A DNA stretch of 64,000 nt from the NCBI GenBank assembly GCA_045628045.1, contig JAZQOV010000003.1, positions 1 to 64,000 of the forward strand, given 5' to 3'. A program made the translations under genes and the position numbers. A model generated the notes under the pieces. That model was not told the DNA's origin and did no database searches. It saw nothing but the letters and a program-made list of their open reading frames with translations. The stretch's first letter is position 1; each line of letters starts with the position of its first letter. Source of the stretch: Bacilli bacterium. Its GTDB lineage: Bacteria; Bacillota_I; Bacilli_A; RFN20; CAG-826. Below are positions 48,234 to 56,754 of the stretch, in pieces.

Positions 48234-48251
48234 GTAAAGGAGTTATTAATT

Positions 48252-49244
48252 ATGAAGAAAACAAAATTGATCTCACTACTTGCTTTAGCAACTGCTGCGG
48301 CAGGACTTGCTTCATGCGGTAACAAAGCCAAATGGCAAATTGGTATTCTTTTACCAGTCGAACACAATGCGCTTCAATCTTGTGCAGATGGATTCGTTGA
48401 AGGATTAAAAGAAGCTGGACTCAAAGAAGGTACAGATTTCTCCGTCGAATTTAGAAATGCTGCAGGCAAAGATGCTGATTTACAAAACTTTGCAAAGCAA
48501 CTTGTCGCTTCCAAAGATATGACCTTTGGTTTAGGAACAGGTGCATCTCAAGCATTAAAATCTGCATCAATTGACAAAGGATCACTTAATCCGGTTTTAT
48601 TCTCTGCAGTTACTGACCCAGTTGATGCTGGATTAGTTGAAAGCTTAGAAAATGGCAAAGGTTTTGTTACAGGTTCAAGTGATGCTCAACCAATTGCTGA
48701 ACAAATCGCTTTAATTAAAGAATGCCTTCCTGAAGCTGACAAAATTGGAATTATTTACACACAAAGTGAAACAAATTCCATTGTTCAAGCTGACCAAGCT
48801 GAAGCTGCCGCAAAAGCTGCAGGCTTAGAAGTTGTTAGACAAACAGTTACAGGCCCAGGAGACATTAATACTGTCGCTCTAGCTTTAGCTAGTGTTGATG
48901 GAATGGACGCAATTTATGTTCCAACCGACAACAATATTGCAGCAAATATGAATGCTGTTAAGGAAGCAGCAAACTCTAAACATGTTCTTGTTGTTGCAGG
49001 TGAAGAAGGTATGCTTTCTACCGGTGGTCACATCACTCTTTCTATCGATTATAAAGAATTAGGAAAACGTACAGGCGAAGTCGCTGCTCAAATTTTAAGA
49101 GGCGAAAAGAAAGTCTATGAAGTTCCTGTTATTACAATGACAAAAGAAGACTGCAAATTAGTCTATAGTAGCGTAAATCTTGCCGCTTCTGGAATTGTTC
49201 TTCCACAAAGCGTTTTAGATAAATGTGAGGATATGTCTAAATAA
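48252..49244 (+). CDS. ABC substrate-binding lipoprotein, putative Trp/Tyr/Phe importer (ABC_sub_bind, TrpX-like)
   Basis: Lipobox LASC; EHNAL..GF, PVLFSAVTDPV.AGLV, TGSSD, E.NS, YVPTDN and IDY..LG motifs. Confidence 0.88.
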   Translation: MKKTKLISLLALATAAAGLASCGNKAKWQIGILLPVEHNALQSCADGFVEGLKEAGLKEGTDFSVEFRNAAGKDADLQNFAKQLVASKDMTFGLGTGASQALKSASIDKGSLNPVLFSAVTDPVDAGLVESLENGKGFVTGSSDAQPIAEQIALIKECLPEADKIGIIYTQSETNSIVQADQAEAAAKAAGLEVVRQTVTGPGDINTVALALASVDGMDAIYVPTDNNIAANMNAVKEAANSKHVLVVAGEEGMLSTGGHITLSIDYKELGKRTGEVAAQILRGEKKVYEVPVITMTKEDCKLVYSSVNLAASGIVLPQSVLDKCEDMSK

Positions 49245-49246
49245 AT

Positions 49247-50236
49247 ATGCTAGATGTTATTATTAATATTTTAACTTCTGGTCTTCCTTGCGTATTACTT
49301 GCGCTTGGCATTTTCTTAACCTTTAGAATACTTGATTTTGCAGATTTAACTGCCGAAGGCAGTTTCTTAATTGGTGCTGCCGTTTCAGGATTACTTATTG
49401 TTAACGGAGTTAATCCTTGGATTGCAACATTTTGTTCATTCTTAGCAGGCGGAGCTTGCGGAGTTATTACAGGTGTTTTAAATCGTTATCTTAAAATACC
49501 AAAACTATTAAGTGGAATTATTACAATGACCGCCTGCGCTTCAATTGCAATGTTAATTATGGGTGCCCAAAAAGGAAACTCCACTCTATTTGCATCACAA
49601 ATTACATTTACAAACATTCAAAAAGGCGGAACAAGTCAAACAATTTACACATTATTTGCGCCTTGGAAATTTGTTGAAGGTTATAACCAATGGATTATTG
49701 CTTCACCTTTAGGTGAAATCATTAAAATCCTTGTAATGTTATTTGTTGTCTTAGTAATTATGTTCGGTATTTATTTCTTCTTTGGAACTGAATACGGAAT
49801 GGCAATTAGAGCAACAGGTTTAAATGAAAACATGTCTAATTCTCAAGGCATCAACGCAAATATAACAACTATTGTTTGTATCGCAATTTCAAATGCTTTG
49901 ATTGCTCTTGGTGGCTCACTTTATGTTCAAGATGCAAAAACTGTATCCACCGTTTCTGCGGCTGGTTACTTAGTAATTGGTCTTGCTTCAATCCTTATTG
50001 GAGAAGCCATATTCGGAAAAAGAACATTTAAGAACTGGATTATTTCCGTTGCTTTAGGCGCAATTGTTTACTTTGTAATTATTACAATTGCTACTAGACT
50101 TGGTCTTCCAACTGAACTTAAGAGCTTGCTTTATGCAGTGCTTATTACAATTGCACTTTGCTTGCCTCTTATAAAATCTGGCTTTAAAAAGCTATTTCAT
50201 ATTAAACAAGACATCGCTTCGGAGGTAAGAAAATGA
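49247..50236 (+). CDS. ABC permease (TrpY-like)
   Basis: FRILDFADLTAEGSF, LLSGI, GMAIRATG.N and GLASILIGE motifs. Confidence 0.9.
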   Translation: MLDVIINILTSGLPCVLLALGIFLTFRILDFADLTAEGSFLIGAAVSGLLIVNGVNPWIATFCSFLAGGACGVITGVLNRYLKIPKLLSGIITMTACASIAMLIMGAQKGNSTLFASQITFTNIQKGGTSQTIYTLFAPWKFVEGYNQWIIASPLGEIIKILVMLFVVLVIMFGIYFFFGTEYGMAIRATGLNENMSNSQGINANITTIVCIAISNALIALGGSLYVQDAKTVSTVSAAGYLVIGLASILIGEAIFGKRTFKNWIISVALGAIVYFVIITIATRLGLPTELKSLLYAVLITIALCLPLIKSGFKKLFHIKQDIASEVRK

Positions 50237-51294
50237 TTGAATTAACAAATTTAACAAAGATCTTTAACCTCTCTGGAGATGAAAGAGACAAACGTGTTGC
50301 TTTAAATCACGTTAATCTAAAGATTAACGATGGCGAATTTGTCACTATTATTGGTTCAAATGGGTCTGGTAAAACCACCACTATGAACTTAATCGCTGGC
50401 ACTTACACACCAACTGAAGGTGAAATTTCACTTTCTGGTATGCCTATTTCCGAAATGAAGGAATTTAAACGTGCTAAATACTTTGGCCGTGTATTCCAAG
50501 ATCCAAGAATGGGCACAACAGGCGAAATGTCTGTTCTCGAAAACCTTGAAATTGCTTATAGACGTGGAAAACACCACTCGCCAGTTAAATGGGGTTTCTC
50601 AAATGAAACTGTTAGGGATTACTTTATTTCTCAAGTCAAACAATTTGATTTAGGACTTGAAGATAGAATGAATCAAAAAGTTGGCCGTATGTCAGGAGGA
50701 CAACGTCAAGCATTAACTTTGTTAATGGCTGCAAATGATTCACGCATCGATACAAGAAAAGAATTTATTCAAATGAACTTTGATGTGGCTTCTGGCCCAC
50801 TTAATATTGAATTAAGAAACACTAACGATAAAACTAAACAAAACGAAATCAAAAATAAGTTGAAACAACTTAAAAAAGATTGCATAAGTAAAGCTGGGAA
50901 ATTCTATGATGAAGCAAAAGCTGAATATCTTAAAAAGATTACAAAAAATGCAACAAAAGAAGAAAAACTCAATGCTTTAGTTGATTTATCAAATAAACTC
51001 CATGATTACAACGGAGACAGAAAGATTTTGCTTCTTGATGAGCATACTGCTGCGCTTGATCCTAAAACAGCTAAAAAAGTTTTGGAACTTACAAATAAAA
51101 TTGTAAGAGCAAAAAAATTAACTACTCTTATGATTACCCACAACATGAAAGATGCTATTACTTATGGTGATAGATTAATCATGTTCCATCATGGACAAAT
51201 CATTCATGATTTCAAAGGTAAAGAAAAATCCAAACTTACTGTTGATGACTTATTAACACTGTTTGAAAAGGCAGATAAGGCAGACGAAAAGTAA
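50233..51294 (+). CDS. ABC ATPase (TrpZ-like) with an ~95-aa insertion
   Basis: GSNGSGKT, RVFQDP, MSGGQRQ, LLLDEHTAALDP and ITHN motifs. Confidence 0.9.
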   Translation: MIELTNLTKIFNLSGDERDKRVALNHVNLKINDGEFVTIIGSNGSGKTTTMNLIAGTYTPTEGEISLSGMPISEMKEFKRAKYFGRVFQDPRMGTTGEMSVLENLEIAYRRGKHHSPVKWGFSNETVRDYFISQVKQFDLGLEDRMNQKVGRMSGGQRQALTLLMAANDSRIDTRKEFIQMNFDVASGPLNIELRNTNDKTKQNEIKNKLKQLKKDCISKAGKFYDEAKAEYLKKITKNATKEEKLNALVDLSNKLHDYNGDRKILLLDEHTAALDPKTAKKVLELTNKIVRAKKLTTLMITHNMKDAITYGDRLIMFHHGQIIHDFKGKEKSKLTVDDLLTLFEKADKADEK

Positions 51295-51295
51295 T

Positions 51296-51324
51296 AAAAA
51301 GGTTCCGTTAAATCGGAACTTTTT
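51296..51324. terminator. Bidirectional terminator between the ABC ATPase and mnmA
   Basis: AAAAAGGTTCCG..CGGAACTTTTTT. Confidence 0.8.
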
Positions 51325-52460
51325 TATTTATCAATTCTTACATTGTCTCGATAAACTTCATCAATTGTACCAGAGGCAATTAGTAATCCATCTTTATTAT
51401 AGAAGACAGCTTCTTGACCTGTTGTGACTGCTTTGTAGTAATCATATTCGCAGATAATTTTGCCATCTTCCAGTCTAATTACAGCTGGATGATCAGGCTG
51501 TCTATATCTAAATTTTGCACCAACTTCTTGTGGAAATTTTTCATCCTTGTTAATGATGTTAAGTTTAGTTACAACGCACTTATTGGACATCAAGTATTTT
51601 TGAGTGTCCCCACGTGTCACATAAAGAATGTTTTTCTTTGCATCTTTTTTCACTATAAACCAACCAGAAGCGGTTTCACCGCTTATGCCACCAATTCCAA
51701 GTCCTTTATGTTGACCAATTGTGTAATAGAAAACACCTTTGTGTTCTCCAATTACTTTTCCTGTATCAATGTCAATTATTTGTCCTTTTTGAGCCGGAAT
51801 ATAGTTCTTTAAAAATTCTCTAAAGTTTCTTTCACCAATAAAACAAACGCCTGTAGAATCTTTTTTGTCCATAACTGATTCTAAATCGAGTTCATGAGCA
51901 ATTCTTCTAACTTCAGTTTTATCAATATCTCCAAGCGGGAATAAACATGATTTAATTTGTTCTTCATTAATTTGAGAAAGGAAATAAGTTTGGTCTTTGT
52001 TTTGGTCATAACATTTTTCCAAATAAAAATGACCATCTTTTTCAACTCTTTTTGCATAATGACCCATTGCAATTAAATCGAAACCATTCTTCTTTGCAAA
52101 CTCTAAAAATGCATCAAATTTGATGTATTTATTGCACAAAATATCTGGGTTTGGAGTTCTTCCAGATTCATATTCGCTAATAAAGAAACTAAAAACGTTA
52201 TCCCAATACTCTTTTATGAAATCAACTCTTAAGAGTTTTATTCCAAGTTTTTCTGCTACTTTTTGAGCATCTTGATAATCTTTTTCTTGAGGACAACGAT
52301 CATCATTAATTGTAGGGTTTCCTAAATAATCGCCATTTGCCATAGCGTCCCAGTTACGCATAAAGCATGCAGTAACATCATAACCATCTTTCTTTAAAAG
52401 ATAAGCTGCGATTGCTGAGTCAACACCACCACTTAATCCAACAAGAACTTTTTTACTCAT
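51324..52460 (-). CDS. mnmA: tRNA 2-thiouridine(34) synthase MnmA
   Basis: SGGVDS, TPNPDILCN, GHYA, KDQTYFL and KKDSTGVCFIG motifs. Confidence 0.97.
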   Translation of the reverse strand: MSKKVLVGLSGGVDSAIAAYLLKKDGYDVTACFMRNWDAMANGDYLGNPTINDDRCPQEKDYQDAQKVAEKLGIKLLRVDFIKEYWDNVFSFFISEYESGRTPNPDILCNKYIKFDAFLEFAKKNGFDLIAMGHYAKRVEKDGHFYLEKCYDQNKDQTYFLSQINEEQIKSCLFPLGDIDKTEVRRIAHELDLESVMDKKDSTGVCFIGERNFREFLKNYIPAQKGQIIDIDTGKVIGEHKGVFYYTIGQHKGLGIGGISGETASGWFIVKKDAKKNILYVTRGDTQKYLMSNKCVVTKLNIINKDEKFPQEVGAKFRYRQPDHPAVIRLEDGKIICEYDYYKAVTTGQEAVFYNKDGLLIASGTIDEVYRDNVRIDK

Positions 52461-52909
52461 AAACCAAGTTCCTCCGAATCTAAAATTGTGGTAAACGGAC
52501 CATTATTTTCTAAATCAATCTTCATATCTGCACCAAAAACACCAGTTTCAACTTTAAAACCCGCATTTCTAAGGCAGACATTGAAATAATCATAAAGTTT
52601 TGTAGCTTCTTCAGGACGCATTGCATTTACAAAACTTGGGCGTCTTCCATCTTTTACAGAAGCATAAAGTGTGAATTGAGAAATAGAAAGAATTGAACCA
52701 TCAATATCTTTTAATGAAAGGTTTGTTTTTCCGTTTTCGTCATCAAATAGTCTCAAAGAGACTAACTTATTAACCATTCTTTCAACTCTTTCTTTTGAAT
52801 CATCATGTGTAAATCCGACAAAAAGACAAAAACCGCGGGAGATTTCTCCCACGATTTTTTTATCTATTGTGCAACTTGCACGGTTTACATTTTGAATGAT
52901 TACTCTCAT
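52457..52909 (-). CDS. dtd: D-aminoacyl-tRNA deacylase
   Basis: SQFTL, GRRPSF, FGADM and N.GPFT motifs. Confidence 0.96.
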   Translation of the reverse strand: MRVIIQNVNRASCTIDKKIVGEISRGFCLFVGFTHDDSKERVERMVNKLVSLRLFDDENGKTNLSLKDIDGSILSISQFTLYASVKDGRRPSFVNAMRPEEATKLYDYFNVCLRNAGFKVETGVFGADMKIDLENNGPFTTILDSEELGL

Positions 52910-54213
52910 TATCCTTTAATGTAGTCGTGAACAGTTGGAGGATATTCTACGAATCCATCAACGATAGTGAATGCATTTTCAATATCTTTGAGAATTTGTG
53001 CATACTCTTCCTTGTTTGTATAAACAGTACATAAGACATCGCCTTTAGCAACTTTGTCTCCGACTTTCTTGCTTAAGACAATACCTGCTGACATATCGAT
53101 AACATCATCAAATGTTTCTCTACCAGCACCTAAGCGCATAGCGCTTTCGCCAATTTCAAGAGCAACAATTTGTTTAATATAACCTGGTTTTGAAGCTTTA
53201 ATTTCAATAACATTCTTTGAAACTGGGAATTTTTCTGGGTGATCAATATAGCTTACATCACCACCTTGAGCAATAACCATTTGTCTGAATTTTTCAAAGG
53301 CTGAACCATCTTCAACAACTTTGTGGAGCATAGCAAGACCTTCTTTTTCGTCTTTGACGATTCCTGCTTGTTCAAGCATAATTGCGCCTGATTGATAACA
53401 AAGATCTTGGAAATCTTTTGGACCATGTCCATGAAGTGTGTCAATTGCTTCCTTGACTTCAAGGGAATTACCAACTGCATGTCCAAGTGGTTGTTCCATG
53501 CTTGTTAAAACTGCACGTGTATCACGATTGAGCGAATTACCAATTGCGCACATAATTTTTGCAAGTTTCTTTGCATCTTCTCTAGTTTTCATAAATGCAC
53601 CATTACCAAACTTAACGTCAAGTAAAATACAATCAGAACCAGAAGCAAGCTTCTTGGACATAACAGATGAAGCAATTAATGGAATTGATTCAACTGTTCC
53701 TGTAACGTCACGAAGTGCGTAAAGTTTCTTGTCTGCTGGAACTAAAGTTCCAGTTTGGCCAGCAATAGCAACGCCATTGCTCTTTAAAATTTCCATGAAC
53801 TTCTCTTGTTCCATGAAAACATTTAAACCTGGGATTGACTCTAATTTATCAAGAGTTCCACCTGTGTGGCCTAAGCCACGACCTGACATTTTTGCGACAA
53901 CAGCGCCACAAGCAGCAACCATTGGACCAAGGGCTAATGAAGTCTTGTCTCCAACACCACCTGTTGAGTGTTTGTCAACTTTTTTGCCAGGAATTGAGCT
54001 TAAATCCATGACATCACCGCTATGTTCCATACGGTCTGTTAAATGAACGATTTCGTCATTGTTCATACCTTTAAAAACAATAGCCATCAATAATGATGAA
54101 ACTTGGTAATCAGGGATTTTTCCTTCGACATATCCATCAATGAAAAAATCGATTTCTTCATTGGTTAATACGCCGCCATCTCTTTTCTTTGTAATAATAT
54201 CTACCATTCTCAT
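52909..54213 (-). CDS. pdp: Pyrimidine-nucleoside phosphorylase
   Basis: DKHSTGGVGDK, KMSGRGLGHTGGTLDKLES and SKKLA motifs. Confidence 0.96.
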   Translation of the reverse strand: MRMVDIITKKRDGGVLTNEEIDFFIDGYVEGKIPDYQVSSLLMAIVFKGMNNDEIVHLTDRMEHSGDVMDLSSIPGKKVDKHSTGGVGDKTSLALGPMVAACGAVVAKMSGRGLGHTGGTLDKLESIPGLNVFMEQEKFMEILKSNGVAIAGQTGTLVPADKKLYALRDVTGTVESIPLIASSVMSKKLASGSDCILLDVKFGNGAFMKTREDAKKLAKIMCAIGNSLNRDTRAVLTSMEQPLGHAVGNSLEVKEAIDTLHGHGPKDFQDLCYQSGAIMLEQAGIVKDEKEGLAMLHKVVEDGSAFEKFRQMVIAQGGDVSYIDHPEKFPVSKNVIEIKASKPGYIKQIVALEIGESAMRLGAGRETFDDVIDMSAGIVLSKKVGDKVAKGDVLCTVYTNKEEYAQILKDIENAFTIVDGFVEYPPTVHDYIKG

Positions 54214-54340
54214 AAAAATAAAACCTCATAGTAAGTATAGCACAAAGAAAATTTTTGATAAATCAAAAACTAAAAAAGATTAATGAAATTAATAATTTTA
54301 TGATTTACAATATAAATCATGCTAAGGCTTAGTAAATAAA

Positions 54341-55618
54341 ATGGACTTTGCTACTCACCTAAATAAATATTTATCAGAACAAGAAATTAACGATCTAATT
54401 TCATCTTTTTCTTTAAAAGAAAAGAAGGCTGTTTATCTTAATACTAACAAAATTTCTAGAAAAAACTTTTTATCATTGTTTCCAGATGTTAAGCCTCATC
54501 CAATTGTGGAAAATGGTTTTCTTTTTGAAAAGGATAAATATGATTTAGGAAAGAAAATTTACCACGAGCAAGGGGCTTATTATATTCAAGAACCTTCTGC
54601 AATGCTTGTCGCAAATTTTTTAAATGCAAAACCAGGAGATGTCGTCTTAGATTTGTGTGCTGCTCCAGGTGGCAAAACTGTTCAAACTGCATTAAAAATG
54701 CAGAATGAAGGACTAATTATCGCGAATGATTTGTCAAAACAAAGAGCAAATATTCTTCTTAGTAATGTTGAAAGAATGGGGTTATCTAATGTTGTTGTGA
54801 CCTCACTTGATTTTGAAAATCACAAAAATAAATTTATTAATTTTTTCGACAAAATAATTCTTGATGCACCATGTTCAGGATCTGGAATGTTTAGAAAATC
54901 TAGTGAAATGAAAGATGACTGGACCTATGAAAAAGTAATTAAGAATTCATTAGTTCAGAAAGATTTAATTTTAATGTGTTATGAAATGCTTAAGGAAGGC
55001 GGCACTTTAGTGTACTCCACTTGTTCATACTCTTATGAAGAAGATGAAGAAATCATTAAATATCTTTTAGAAAAAACGAATGCTGAATTAATAAGAATTC
55101 AAAATTTTGAAGGCGAATATAGATCAAAAGAATATCCTGAAACCGTTCATTTATTTCCAAACTTATTTGAAGGCGAAGGGCATTACATCGCCTTAGTTAA
55201 AAAGCCTGGATTACTACATGGTAGTAAACTTACGCCAATTAAAGTAGAAAGAAATGTTATAGGTAAAGGAAATTCAAAAGAAATTCAAACTTTTATTTGT
55301 CCTTCAAAACTCCCAAATAATTTTGAAGATTTAGCACTTCGTCCTGGATTATTTAAAGAGAGCAAATTAGCAGACAAAATCATTCCTTCGCACCACTACT
55401 CACACGTATCAGATGCTTCTAATTCAATTGAACTTAATAAAGAGGAAGTTATTAAATATTTAAGAGGCGAAACACTAAATAAAAAACACCCGGATGGTTT
55501 TTACTTTGTTTCATTTAACAAAGTTAATCTAGGTGTTTGTTATTCTCTTAATAATGTTTTGAAAAATTATTATCCAAAAGGATTAAGAATTAACGCGAAT
55601 ATTGACTCTAGTTTCTAA
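54341..55618 (+). CDS. rsmF: RsmF/RsmB-family 16S rRNA m5C methyltransferase
   Basis: YYIQEPSA, DLCAAPGGKT, LDAPCSG, YSTCS and KNYYPKGLR motifs. Confidence 0.88.
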   Translation: MDFATHLNKYLSEQEINDLISSFSLKEKKAVYLNTNKISRKNFLSLFPDVKPHPIVENGFLFEKDKYDLGKKIYHEQGAYYIQEPSAMLVANFLNAKPGDVVLDLCAAPGGKTVQTALKMQNEGLIIANDLSKQRANILLSNVERMGLSNVVVTSLDFENHKNKFINFFDKIILDAPCSGSGMFRKSSEMKDDWTYEKVIKNSLVQKDLILMCYEMLKEGGTLVYSTCSYSYEEDEEIIKYLLEKTNAELIRIQNFEGEYRSKEYPETVHLFPNLFEGEGHYIALVKKPGLLHGSKLTPIKVERNVIGKGNSKEIQTFICPSKLPNNFEDLALRPGLFKESKLADKIIPSHHYSHVSDASNSIELNKEEVIKYLRGETLNKKHPDGFYFVSFNKVNLGVCYSLNNVLKNYYPKGLRINANIDSSF

Positions 55619-56413
55619 TTCTTTAACTTTACTAGATATCTTTGAGTTTAATATAAACTCATTATCAAGTTTACGTAATTTGTCGACATTATTGTCGACT
55701 TTTTCTTTTAAAGCTATAGCAAGATCAGTTGTCTTTGCACCTTTAACTTCACTAACGTCAAGTTTTTCAAATAAATTAAAGAAGCAAGGATAACTCTTTA
55801 AATATGAATGAATACTTAGAGGTCTAAAACCACCATAAGTTGCAGCAACACAAAGTGGAACTCCAGCCATTTGAGCAATCTTTAAAGTGCCTGGGTGGAA
55901 ATCCAAACATGTATTTTCTGGATGTCTATTTCTAGTTCCCTCAATGTAAATAACTATGTTAGGTTTACTTGGATCTTTAAGATAATCTACGATTTTTCTA
56001 ATCTCGCTTAACTGGGCCATGATGTTCTCACGATCAAGTGCGAAAACCTCTAATGCTTTAGCAATTTTTCCTGCAAAAGGCATTTTATAAGTTTCTTTCT
56101 TAACAACAAATGAAACTGGTTTTTCGCTATTCACAACGATAAAAAGCGGATCAAAGAAAGACAAATGGTTCGATATAAGCAAAGCTTTTGTTGGCGAATT
56201 TGTAAATTTATCGAGCCCCTTAACGTCATAGACTAAATGAAATTTTGACAAAACAAAAGTTATTTCTTTACGAATGATTTTATATCTATATTCAAAAGAA
56301 TATTTTTCTGTATGTTTCGCAAATTTTATCATGTACCTAAAATGGTAATAGATAATAACTGGTCCACAGACAAGAACAATTCTAATATATTGAAATAACT
56401 TTTTAATATTCAT
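55583..56413 (-). CDS. plsC: 1-acyl-sn-glycerol-3-phosphate acyltransferase
   Basis: NHLSFFD (HX4D), KKE and EGTR motifs. Confidence 0.85.
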   Translation of the reverse strand: MNIKKLFQYIRIVLVCGPVIIYYHFRYMIKFAKHTEKYSFEYRYKIIRKEITFVLSKFHLVYDVKGLDKFTNSPTKALLISNHLSFFDPLFIVVNSEKPVSFVVKKETYKMPFAGKIAKALEVFALDRENIMAQLSEIRKIVDYLKDPSKPNIVIYIEGTRNRHPENTCLDFHPGTLKIAQMAGVPLCVAATYGGFRPLSIHSYLKSYPCFFNLFEKLDVSEVKGAKTTDLAIALKEKVDNNVDKLRKLDNEFILNSKISSKVKELETRVNIRVNS

Positions 56414-56670
56414 TATTTAAGACCTTGAAATTGTTCAACGACAAGTATTGTACCAAATTTTTCGTGGCTGTCCAAGTGCGCTTCGACTGCAATTTTAGAG
56501 CCGCTAGGCATAACTAAAAGACGTGATTTTGGTTGACCTGTCCAATTTTTCACAACGATAATTGGATTCTTTTTCATTGGATCATCGCCAAAAGGCAATT
56601 CGTATTCAAAATATCTATAATTATCGTCAATATTTTCTCTCAAAATACCAATTAAACTAACTTGATTCAT
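56413..56670 (-). CDS. Small SSB-like OB-fold protein (85 aa)
   Basis: MNQVSLIG start resembles SSB MNxVxLIG; W..GSKIAVEAHL resembles KGxxVxVEGRL; GGAGG SD. Confidence 0.55.
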   Translation of the reverse strand: MNQVSLIGILRENIDDNYRYFEYELPFGDDPMKKNPIIVVKNWTGQPKSRLLVMPSGSKIAVEAHLDSHEKFGTILVVEQFQGLK

Positions 56671-56731
56671 AACTACCCTCCGTTAATATTTTACCACATC
56701 TAAATGAACTTGATTCCCGTTTTTCATAATC

Positions 56732-56754
56732 AAAAAACCTTGCTTAGCAAGGTT
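56732..56754 (-). terminator. Terminator after ftsK
   Basis: AACCTTGC-TAA-GCAAGGTT plus T tract. Confidence 0.8.
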
